In this document: one piece after another, positions 14,835-26,256 of the stretch
Position numbering within the stretch: the stretch's first letter is position 1
Layout of the letters: every line of letters begins with the position of its first letter
NCBI GenBank assembly: GCA_000320545.1
Contig: ADNK01002595.1
Coordinates: forward strand, 1-64,000
Reading direction: 5' to 3'
DNA from: Bigelowiella natans CCMP2755
Taxonomy: Eukaryota; Protista; Cercozoa
DNA: 64,000 bases
Position numbers and translations under genes: made by a program
Notes under the pieces: generated by a model
Seen by the model: the letters and a program-made list of their open reading frames with translations, nothing else
The model's database searches: none
Told to the model about the DNA's origin: nothing

Positions 14835-16131
14835 ACGAAACCAATAGATCTGTATGCGCCATCTAGTACACTACTTCACTGACTAATCATCATTCTCCCC
14901 CCCCCCCCTCTCTCTGTGTGTGTTTGTGTCGTGGCTTAAACAGCTGGGGTTTATGCCGACCGCACTGGGAAGCGGAAGGTAGCAATACACACGGCAGCAG
15001 CAACGTCAAATCATCAACCATCAAACTATCATCATCATCATCATCCTTCACTCCTCCTTTACCCCCCTTATCGTGCCCTACAACAAATTAGATGGTGGTG
15101 TACGTAAGTGCCGGCATTATGATGGTGGGCTGCTCGGTATTCAGGTTTGTCTCTTCTAAGAATATGAAATTCAATATAAAAAGAGTGGAGATAGAAGAAG
15201 AAGAAGAGGAAGAAGAAGAAGAAACCGATCTCTTAATCTTCTTCATTTATTATTATTGGTCTCGCAGCAGGACCAAAACAAGTATTGTTTTCAATGAGCG
15301 ACGCATGTATGTATTTGAAGTCGTCACGTTCGAGCAAAATTATCGAGCAATTATAGGGAATTGAAAGTGAAGAGTATAAACAACGATATATTTGTCCTAT
15401 TCATGGTGTAGTACTCAACTAAAAATAATTAATCAAAAAGGAATGATATTAGAAATTTTGCATTATTGTGTTGTGTATTACATAGCTTTTCTCGCACTTT
15501 CACAATGACGGTGTTTGCTGCGCTCATCTTCGGATCTGGATATGGAGCATTCTCGGTCTTTATTTCTCTCTCCTCCCTCTCGTTCTCTCTCTCTCTTTGA
15601 GTGTGTGCGTGTGTGCCTGTGTATTATATCTACTCTGATGTATCTGTTGTGTGATGTAATGTCTCGTCGTAGGTTATAGAGTGGGCAATGGCGACCGATC
15701 TTTTGCCAAATCCAGACGAGTAAGAAGGAGGACGAGGAGGAGGGCGGGAGAGTGTTAAAAATTCCAGAAACGTTCTATTCAAGCAAATATCTTTGATGTT
15801 CCGTCATTTTCATCTGTTTTTCATGGGAGTTTCTTAAGAGAGTATTAATTTGCAAGAATCTTCAACACATTCGTCGTTTAATTTTGTGCTCCTCCTCCTC
15901 TTTCTCCTCTAAAAGCCGCCTACCAATCATCATCAACCATTACAACCATTATCAATCATCAGATTTGCAAAGGATATGGGCGTTTGGTCCCTCGCTCTAG
16001 TACTTCCTCAGGTTCATATTATTACTATTACCTCCTGTCAGTTAGTCAGTCAGTCATCGGAAAGACTTTTCTCCCCCCCACCCCATAGAACATCACACAT
16101 GGCGGCAAGCATTGATCTCCCTCACCCCCCC

Positions 16132-16172
<41 letters not shown>

Positions 16173-16478
16173 GTCTCTCTCAATATCGACGTTCCGTCTT
16201 TATCCTCCTTGACATTCATTCCCATGCTGCACTAACAATGCCAACACTGGCCGTGTTATCGGGGTGTTGTATCGAGCTCCTTAAGGGAAATCATAGCCCA
16301 CATCCTCCTATTTGGAAGTGCTGATTGATTTGTCCTTTTCCTTGTCGGGGGGCCTACGTGACGATGCAGGTGATCTCCGGAAAGCTGGCGGGCGTTGTAC
16401 ATACGATGTTTCACCGTATAGGGCCAAGTATACAGCTCGGATATAGGTTCTAGAATATGATAGAGCTACCTGCTGTTG

Positions 16479-16520
<42 letters not shown>

Positions 16521-16829
16521 ACTGGGTGCCATTTGTCATGAGGGAGAGGAAGGATAATAACAACAAACACAAGAGTTTATCCTCCTCCTGTCAATGATGC
16601 ATTCGTTGCTGATCTAAGTAGGTGTCGATGTATGTTAATATGTAGAGTAGTATCTGTTTCATTTTGTTTGTATCTAAATCAATAGTAGTAGTATTACTTA
16701 TTAAAATAATAAAAATATAAATTCTTTTGCGTCTCCCTCCTCTTCCTCATCAGCATGATCTTCGTCCTGGCGCTGTTATTCTTTCTCATCGGCGCTTTAT
16801 ACGTGAAACGAATCCAATCCATTTCTTGA
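10097..16829 (+). CDS. MFS transporter, SLC45/sucrose-H+ symporter-like, many exons
   Basis: Exons give FGLSSYWFGWSALMGPLLFIVMPVQ, motif A VAPVSGSISDTSTHPWGRRSPFIATG, NNIAMSPYTALVPDLVPQPQRGVASAW, FRVMFIARF, AGVYADRTGKRK, WAMATDLLPNPDEFAKDMGVWSLALVLPQ, ending YVKRIQSIS*. Start codon is inferred. Confidence 0.88.
10478..16170. repeat. Dense intronic microsatellites; also in ArgRS, ligA, the methyltransferase, DUF1995 and the last gene
   Basis: (CCT)n, (AGT)n, (CAT)n, (GAA)n, (CAA)n, (TA)n, (TG)n and (CT)n tracts in most introns. Confidence 0.95.
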
Positions 16830-17280
16830 GGAGGGAGGGGAGGAAGAAATACTTAGTGAGAAAGGAGGAGCTGGCAGTTGTCGCTCCAATCTGTGTCGGA
16901 AAAACTTTCAGTCCACACGCAATAATTTTTTTATTTATATTCGTGGTATTAGACAGATGGGCAACACGGTGGTGCGGAGTATTTAAGTAGATGTTGTCCA
17001 ATTGTGTGAATATTAAAACGGGCTATTGACCACAGTAGCCAACTTAAAAGATCATAGAGTCACAATGGAAACAGTCATGTAGTTTCATGTTTGTCGAATG
17101 ACGAGAATGCGCAGTAGAATGGCCCGTAGAAGTGCCGATTTTTTGCGTGGGGTGGAAGCAAAGCATGTTCGGTGGCCATGTACCGCAACAATTTACTTTG
17201 TGCTTCCTGTTCAATGCATTAGCATTTGTCAACCAAGCATTTTTTTAAGGTGTTTGCAGTGCATGTGCACTTTGGGCACA

Positions 17281-18120
17281 AAATGAGCGAAAGAGAGCGA
17301 TTGCAAGTGAGTGAGAGGTGAACCAAACCTGCTAGCCTGGAGATGTCTAGATGTGGCGCTAGGGCGTCCGCAGGGTTGTGGATCAAGCTAGCAAGAGACA
17401 CGGAAATTGCGCATCGCAAGATTGAGGATCACCAAGGATTCTCACTTGAAGGCACAATGGCTGTTGGGCCAACCTCAAAATCCTCTGGTCTGCTGGTCTT
17501 CACCAGTCAGTCCTCACCAGAGACTGTTCGAGGCACTGCGTTTCGTGCACTGCAAGTGTCTACTTGCAACGTTTTGGAAGTGCAGTTTGTCATCATTGTC
17601 ATTGTCAAAGCGTGTTGCTTTGCCAAACTGCAAACAACAACGACTTACCAACACGCTGCGCTGCATGACTGAGTTGAATTCACGAGTGCAGCTCGTTCTT
17701 CTGCGTCTGGAAGCACCAGAAAAGAGAAGCTCGAGTTCGCTTCCAGCGTCATGTTGGCCGGCTTCGTGGCAAACGAGGGTGCATTTTGCTTCGAGTGAGG
17801 GATCATGGGATCAAAAGATCGAGCATTGTGCCACAGAAGTCAAATTCGCACACTCCAGCACTCACACACCTGCTAGCCTGACTAGCTGGGTGTCCCTCAT
17901 GTCGCATGCTAGCATGAGTGAGTGAGTGAACTGATGAAGCAATTTCAACGGTGCAGTTGACAGGATCATGAGATGTGCTAACTCATCCACACCCTCCTTG
18001 AACAAAAAAGACCACCATCTAGCCATGCTAGCATGCTGGCATGGAAAATTGAGGGTTCGTTCTGAGAAGCAGGCTAGCAGGGTTTGAATTCTGCGCTTCT
18101 GTGCCAGTTCCGAAAAGGTT
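17281..18120. repeat. TpA-depleted island 2 (degenerate repeat)
   Basis: 13 TA in 840 bp, 10 of them CTAG. Segment 17500-17610 is homologous to the reverse complement of 25800-25915. Segment 18019-18045 is identical to 24663-24689. Confidence 0.75.
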
Positions 18121-18411
18121 CCACGGAGATTTCAAGCGGCACAAAAGACGTAGGCGATTTTCCATCTGCGACAAAGAATGTCTGCGATTTAGACGAAAAT
18201 CCACGGCATCTCAGCCGCAAAGCACGATCTCCCAGTAAAACTCGAAGAAGCAGCGGCCTCGCAACCCCACCCCGCTAAGACCGACGAGAACTGAAAAGGA
18301 ATAGCTACAGCGAGGAACTAGCAGAGTAGTCGTGACTTACAGGATCAAGAAATCAATTAGGAACTCACTCGAGGACTTTACATCTCCACACAACACGCAC
18401 CTCAACAAAAA

Positions 18412-20517
18412 ATGAGTGAGTTTTCTTATTCTCTGCCTTCTCTGTCTCACCCTAGCATAGCGAATAAGAAGAAGTGACTAGTGTGTCGGCAATGGATATC
18501 ATACATATCCCTGAGAGATTAGAGAAGAGGAATACAGCTTCTAAAAAGGATAAATTTTCAAAAAACCTGCGACGTGCAACAACGGAGGTTGAAATACGAA
18601 TTGAAGTCTATTAAATCATCTTTCCTGCATCAATTATTACCAGGCGCTGACGATTCGAAGCTATCGAACTTGTCCAAAACACCGTTGGAAGACGCAAAGC
18701 AATTTATCGCCATCGATGTGATCAAGGCGGTGAAGGATGCTTTTGACGTCGAGATCACTGGAGAAAAGGACACAAAAATCATCAAAGACAAGGTAGTGAT
18801 GACGGAAAAGAGAGAGAGAGTGTGTGAGGGAGGGGGGGAGGGGCAAGAAAGGAGATATAAATTATTATCTAGTGTGTAATTGTGTGTGGGGGGGGGTTAA
18901 TGTCACATGGCTAGAATTGAAACCAAGCCTCCACTCACAGTCGTTCTCCAATTCATTCAGATTGAGATTAGCAACAATAAGGCTGGGCAGAGTGATCTGG
19001 CCATGCCTGCCTTCGCGTTAGCCAAGTTTCTGCGCGGAAAGAAGCCATTTGAGATCGCAACGAAAATAGGTCATACGCAACGCGAAGATAGAAGTTCCCG
19101 TGTATACTACCACTACTACTACTACTACTACTACCCGTGAGTAGTACCTCTGCTAGTTTGTAGTCTACTTTGCACATCATGTCCAGCCGGAGAGGGGAGT
19201 GCATGAGTACGAATATACCGAAGCGTTGGAAAACTTAATAATACCGTGGATCTTAACAAATAGGCGAGAAATTAAAGGAGAGCTGCGAGGCCTCTGAAGT
19301 CTATGATGATGTCAAGGTCCAGCGAAAACTTACGCTATGAAGAAGATGGGAGTGGGGGGGGGGTTTCCTCGAAATTTGTTTTCCTTATGCAATGGCGTTA
19401 CCTAGCCAGCGGGAGAGGGGAGAGTGCGGGGAGAGGGGGGGGGGGGGGGGGGAGTAAATCCGAAACAAAATGTGGTGTATTGGCAATGTAGGTGGAGAAA
19501 ATATACATCAACATCAAGCTCTCTGCTGAGTTCTTATGCAAGATCATGGATGCTGCTGTGAACGGCGATTTGCTCAAACGTAAGCAGCACATTCCACCTC
19601 TCCTCCGCTCTAAAATGCATGCAGTTGCGTTGTTCGTGCTGCCAACACCTTTCTCACTAATGTGGTAACAGCAAATCCAAAGACGAAGGAAAAGGTGATG
19701 ATTGAGTACTCTCAACCGAATACCCACAAGGTTCGACGTACGACACTACATCAATTCTATACGAACGATTATTGAAACAAACGACGATTCAGAACAAATG
19801 TTACGCATATTGACTCGATATTTGCATGCCAATGCTGAAAGATAGAAGCAATACCAACCTTGCTGCTCTGAGGTGTTATCAACTACTCATCAACCACGAT
19901 CAGGCCTTCCACGTCGGGCATATGCGTAACGCTGCTTTAGGCGACTGCCTCGTGCGTCTTTACGACTTCGTGGGGCATGAGGTTATTGCTGCAAACTACT
20001 TCGGCGATGAAGGAGCGCATATTGCTAAATGCCTGTGGAAGGTGAGGAAAGAAGTCTCTGACACCAAGCTCGATATCGACAAGATCGAAGTAGAGGACCG
20101 TGCAGAGTGGCTGGGGGGCATGTACGCAGCTGCTGTTACAGACCTTGATATGGGAAATCTCACCAAGCTGCCCTTTCCTGATGTTGTGGCGGCCAAAGGT
20201 GTGTGTAAGCATGCTAGTTATTATGAAGTGTGAACTCACACACGTCCGTTGTTGTTATCAATTTTCTCTTCGTTGCTTCTTGCGAATACTGTAATTATAT
20301 GTGGTCTCGTCCCCCCTCCCTTCCCCTGTTCTTCCCCAACCTCATCCTTTCACAGTGCTCGAAGTATCTGACCACCCAGCTGGCGATGCGCCAAAGAATT
20401 GGCATGTGGTGAAGCTCCAGACGAAAGCTGATGAAACGCTCACCGTTGTTTGTGGGGGGAGAGGGTACAAGGTAATTTGTTCGTAGGCAATAGGAAGAGA
20501 AATCCTTTTGTATAAAC

Positions 20518-20552
<35 letters not shown>

Positions 20553-20611
20553 CATATGAGTGTGTGTGTGTGTGTAACGACATATTTCTACATTCATCCC
20601 ACGCGCATTAG

Positions 20612-20643
<32 letters not shown>

Positions 20644-22669
20644 GGTGGGCGACTACGTAGCTTATAAGCCACTAGGCTGCCGTCTGAAGAACAAAGATAT
20701 CGTTGAGAAGGACATGAAAGGAGTCACAAGTAAAGGGGTGATGCTTGCATACACGGAACTCGGTCAACAAGAACCTGCTGACCCCAAGCCGGCTGCTGCT
20801 GCTGCTCCCAAGCCGGCTGCTGCTGCTCCTGTTGAAGGGAAGGAGAAGAGTGCTGAAGCAAAGGAGGGAGGAGGAGGAGAAGGAGGAGGAGGGGGGAAGA
20901 AGAAGGGGAAGAAGAACAAGAAAAAAGGAGGAGGAGGAGGAGGAGGTGGTGGAGGAAAGAAAAGCAAAAAGAAGAAGAAAGAGAAGCTTCCTAACAAGAT
21001 CTATATCGTGGGCCCTGAATTCAACCCCACACCTGGCGCTCAGCTCACAGAACTCGGAAAAACAGCCAAGGATGTGGAGAGTGTGACCTCGGAAATTAAG
21101 AAGAGGAACGGGTAGGCGGAGAAGCCTTGTTCACCATCACCATCATCATCATCTTCACCACCATCATTATCATCATCATCATCATCATCAAAATCATGAT
21201 CGATACTTTGCCTTCATCATCTTCATCACCGAATGATTTTACCACCAGCTAAAATGCAGCAGCAGCACATGGACGAGCACCTGTGATGATGATTTCCGTG
21301 AATGAATAAAAATAATCTCTAGGGAGGTAGGCGATATGCTGCGCGCCATGGAGGAGGGTGATAAGGAAGCCGTTGCACTGTGGGAGAAGACGAAGAAATG
21401 GTCTCTTGACGAATTCAAACGCATCTATAATTGGCTGAGCTGCCGATTTGACCATGACTTCTTCGAGTCAGAGGTGAGAAGAACAATTAGTAGCAGATGA
21501 TGATGATGATGATAATGATGATGCTGAATACCTAAACTAGGTCTCTGAGAGCTCCCGGAAGTTAGTGATCTCCCTATTCGAGAAAGGCATCTTGACGAAG
21601 GATAATGGTGCTATTTGCGCCAACCTAAACAAATACAAGCTCGGCTTCCTCATCCTCCTCAAGTCAAACGGAACGGGCCTTTACGCGACCAAAGACCTGG
21701 CACTAGCCCAAGTCAAATTCGAGAAGTTTAAAGTGGAGAAATCGGTCTACGTCGTGGATGCTTCCCAGACTCTTCACTTCCAACAGGTAATTAACACCAC
21801 CAGCAGCAAGAGAGGCGAGGGGGGGGGAAAGGGAGGAGCGGGTTGTCTGCGGAAACAACAAATCGAGTGAACGACGGCATTGTATAGAGGAAAGAAGAGA
21901 ACAAAAAACATACGGTTCCTCCTCCTCCTCCTCCTCCTCCTCCTCCTCCTCCAACTACTACTTATATAATGCTGATAGCAATTATTATGATGATAACTCC
22001 TCGCACCTTAGGTCTTCAAGGTCCTCGAGCTAATGGGCTATGAGCAGGCGAAGAAGTGCACCCACTTGCCATACGGGATGGTTGTGCTCAAATCAGGCAA
22101 AATGTCGTCGCGAAAGGGGACAGTGATCTTCTTCAAAGCCCTCAAAGAGATGCTCAGCAAACACCTCATGGAAGAGTGGGTGAATCACGGAATATCTGCA
22201 TCTATAGCTTAATATAACATTACAAGTCGTCATTATATGTTGAAGTTGTGCTGCAGTGGTCATTGTAAATGTGAACTATCTAAGTGGTTCGTTGCTGCCC
22301 CTCCCCCCCCTCTTCGTTATCATCATCATTAGATACCTGAGCAAATACGAAGGCAAATGGGCGCCAGAGGAGATTGAGGAGGCGAAGAGGCAACTAGCTG
22401 TCGGAACGATTAAGTATGGTATGCTAAATCACGATGTGAGCAAGGTTGTATCATCACCAATATACTAGTTGGTGGATAATAGCTAACGATTGGTTTCTCG
22501 CACGCTCACACAAAAAAAGCACAGAGCCTCACACTAGACCCCTTCCTCCTTCTCGTGGAGGGAAAAGCTGCCAATCGAGCAATTGCTCGCTGCTGATGTG
22601 TTCTTCAACATAAAATCCACGGCATGACCGGTATGATGATACTGGCTGTTCTGTTGTTCTTTTTCCGTG

Positions 22670-22744
<75 letters not shown>

Positions 22745-23212
22745 GGATGTGGTGTTCGAAATGGATAAGTGGAGTGCTAAGACTGGAACGACAGGGTAAG
22801 AAGACGGGAGAGGGACAAGAAGTTCTGTGCTATGTAAACAACGTCACCATATCACATGTACATCATATCTATTGTCTCTCCATGATGTTTTATGCCATTT
22901 CCTGTTGGAGAGAAACCAGATGGCACTTTCGCTGCAAGTATTTTTCTCCCGCCCTTCTTTCCACCCCATGACTGTTATCATCATCTTCATTAGGCCATAC
23001 AACATGTATGCGTACACTCGTAGCGTTGGTATCAAGAGACAGGTATGAGATTCATAGAATATAGCAAGAAGTGGTAGCAGTAGTATTAGTAATAGAAGTA
23101 CTGCTAGAGTAGGAATAAAGAAGCAGATCGACAATGAGCAACAGCCGAAAAATACCTTTTTATTATGATTGTTATTAATCAACATCGTCACTCTATTCCC
23201 CCTCCGTTCCCC

Positions 23213-23254
<42 letters not shown>

Positions 23255-24032
23255 TGTCGTCGTCATCGTCGTCGTCGTCTTCGGTGATGATAGGTTGATG
23301 AGGGAAAATCAAAATGCAAGCCTGGCAAAGTAGACCCCTCGATCTTGAAGGCGCAAGTGGAACGCGACATCCTCATACACATCGGTACTAGACAATCATC
23401 ACTCTGCCTCAGTGGGGCTATCTAAGAACAAATGTTTGATTAGTGTTTCACCATCGGTTCATTGATGACTATATTAGAAGGAGCGAAGAAATTATTGCAC
23501 TGACTTCTTCGTGCTGTTTGTTTGTTTGTTGTCGCTGATGTTCAGGATCATTCTGGACCGTTGTAAACGACTGTGTGGCAAAGAATAACCCTAGGTGTGT
23601 GCCTGTATGTGTGTGTAGCATAGTTGGGAGGAGGATTACTACTCTCTTACCAGGAAGAAGCAATAGCATCGTTTTTCGAATTTATCAGCACATTATATTT
23701 TAATTATTTTGAGAACCCATACCTATGTGTACCATTCACAGCGCACTCTGTGGCTACGTGTTTAACTTGTCGAAGTATTTCAATGGGTGGTACGAGAACA
23801 CGCATGTTGCTGGAAGCGAGACGCCAGATGAGGTCCGTTACTCCTGCTAAACAGCAGTTGTGTTGCCTCACCCTTTGCCGTTATTATTTATACTTAATGA
23901 TGTTGTCTTTGTTTGTTGGTGCCTCGGTAATTCGTCCAGCTTGCAACCAGGCTCGCGTTGTCTCAAGCTATCGGCAAGACTATTAAAGCTTCTCTCAACC
24001 TCCTTGGAATTACTACCCTTGAGAAAATGTAA
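18412..24032 (+). CDS. RARS: Arginyl-tRNA synthetase with an inserted tRNA-binding OB domain
   Basis: KVMIEYSQPNTHKAFHVGHMRN (HIGH), NYFGDEGAHIAK, FDHDFFESE, LLKSNGTGLYATKDLALA, YVVDASQTLHFQQ, KMSSRKG (KMSKS), GPYNMYAYTR, ending LNLLGITTLEKM*. The first coding exon appears to be only ATGA (18412-18415). Confidence 0.95.
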
Positions 24033-24866
24033 TTGGCTGTTTTCCAGTGCAAATTGGCGTGCCAAAATTCCAAATATCACGTTCTAACCTCTAGTTGACT
24101 ATTCGAATGCAAGCAGTTTCCATGATTTGCGCCTATTTGCATTTCTAGCTTGCATGTCTACACTATCTGGTATAGCCAAAATAACATCACAAAATGATCT
24201 TTACGCCTTGTCTAGAGATGCTAATAGCTACGTACTACACGTGCTTATGAACATGTTATGATATAGCTAAGCCATGCATGATCAGATGATGTCCAGAACT
24301 CTACATGCTAGCATGCTACCCGTGTGCACAGTACGTGCACTAACCCAGCTAGACAGCCTACACTAGCAACAGCCTACTGATGCGGGTTGTACGGGTGTGC
24401 GAGGTGCGTGATCTGTGCTAGCATGCGCAGCAGGCCATGCACGCTTGCACGCTAGCACGAGCTGCACGCATGGCTGCGTTAGCTGCATCGTGCAGAACAC
24501 AAATGTACTTGCATGCTAGCATGGCTCATTTCACTTGCTTGCAAGCTTGCGAGACACATAGAGAGCGTGATCATGCTAGCATGCGACCGTCATGAATGAT
24601 GCGACTCAATCATCGCATTGCATCTCTTGACGACAGCACGCGACCACCACCCCATCTAGCTGCTAGCCATGCTAGCATGCTGGCATGGATGCATGACTGG
24701 ATGATGCACAATGATCGCTGGATCGCATTCTGGCACTGCAACTCGTGACAGCAAGACCACGGATGGTGTGGTGCTATAGTGCCCATGCTAGCATGCATGG
24801 ACACACGTGTAACCACACATGCACATGCAAGCCTAGAGCCTGTGCATGTGTGCATGTGTGCATGTG

Positions 24867-24899
<33 letters not shown>

Positions 24900-24956
24900 A
24901 AATGTAAATCAAAGAAACATAATTTGTCATAATTAAGACAAAATTTCATGTCGCAG

Positions 24957-25353
24957 GGAATTGGCACAAAATTTTGTCCAGATGGGAAGTCTGTTTTGGT
25001 GTCTGACGGGGGGCATGACAAATGTGCCATTGCTGCTTCTAAAACGACTGTACCTCAGCTCTTTCTCTCCATCCTATGTCAAAAATCTAGAAGATCGGCG
25101 ATTTAATCTTGACTGCATTTTTGCTCCTGGTGCTCCAGAACATCATCAACAAATGATTTAATCCTAAATGTCAATCACATCACTTGCACGATTGCAGGCA
25201 GCACACAGGAGCAGATGTTCGATGCTGCAATTCAAAATCAACTTAGATCCAAAAGAATTCTCTCAATTTCTCTAAATTTGCTAGGTCGCCAAGGACACCG
25301 TGAAAGATGTTGTGCGCGGACACAACGGAACAATGTTTGCTCATGGACAGACA
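24957..25353 (+). pseudogene. Kinesin (kinesin-1-like) motor-domain gene fragment with introns, hypermutated
   Basis: Exons ~25059-25129, 25198-25226 and 25285-25353 join in phase to FNLDCIFAPGSTQEQMFDAVAKDTVKDVVRGHNGTMFAHGQT, against the kinesin consensus F.FD.VF....QEQVY...AK..V.DVL.GYNGTIFAYGQT. The match stops before the rest of the P-loop (GSGKT). Confidence 0.85.
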
Positions 25354-26040
25354 CGCTGTCATCTTTTTCTGCTGATGAAAGGACCCTTTCACAAATTGAT
25401 CTCAGCATCGAACGAAATTGGCACATCGAATTGAGGAAGAAGAGCAACACGTGAGTGCTCGAACAGTTCAGGATCACCCGAAGAAAGAAAGAGGAAACAT
25501 TGAAACAATGATCACAATTTGATTTTCAGGAAAAAAGTCATTCATCGCAGTCTAGCAGTGTCACTGGGCGACGTTGTTCGAATCGAAACAGTTTCAAAAG
25601 CCTCCAAAGCAACAGGCGACGTGATTGGTGCACGTGTGATCATGTGAGATGGAAGCAACTGCAAGAAAGGAAGATGAAAAGAAAGAAGTGCCATCATTGG
25701 AGTGATTGAGTGGGACAAGCTGATTCATCCACGCTGGCATGCCAGCATGTCCCCCCAATCAACTGGATCACCAAGAAAAACAAGACGAAGAATCAAGAAC
25801 AATGAGAACAATGAGAATGATGATGAAAAACCACATTTCCAAAGTGTGACAAGACACTTGCAATGTGCGAAATGCAGTGCCTCGAACTGGCTTCAGTGAG
25901 GCCCTGTAGGACTGACAAGTGCTTTCATGATTCAAGCAAAAGATGATGATGAATCGGTGGCTGTGCAAAATGCATGTGATTTAGGGCTGACGACAAGCAA
26001 CAAAACAGGTCTACAAGCATGAACGTCACAACAGAGCTCA
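25201..26040. repeat. TpA-depleted island 3 (kinesin relic plus degenerate repeat)
   Basis: 7 TA in 840 bp, all in TAG or CTA context. Contains the inverted homolog of 17500-17610. Confidence 0.8.
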
Positions 26041-26256
26041 TTTTTACCGAAAAACGATCAGCGTCGCCGTCCCGATGCTTCCGGAAGACTTTGGGATTTG
26101 GATGCGTTTGGGTGAAAATGAACGGTTATTGGGATAAATCCCGGTTATTGAATTTAAATCCCGGAAAAGAAAGATCTGTGAAAGTTCTCAGAACATGCTT
26201 TGAGCCGCTGTGACGAGCGCTTGACACAATCAAATTCTTCAACACTGAGGAATACA

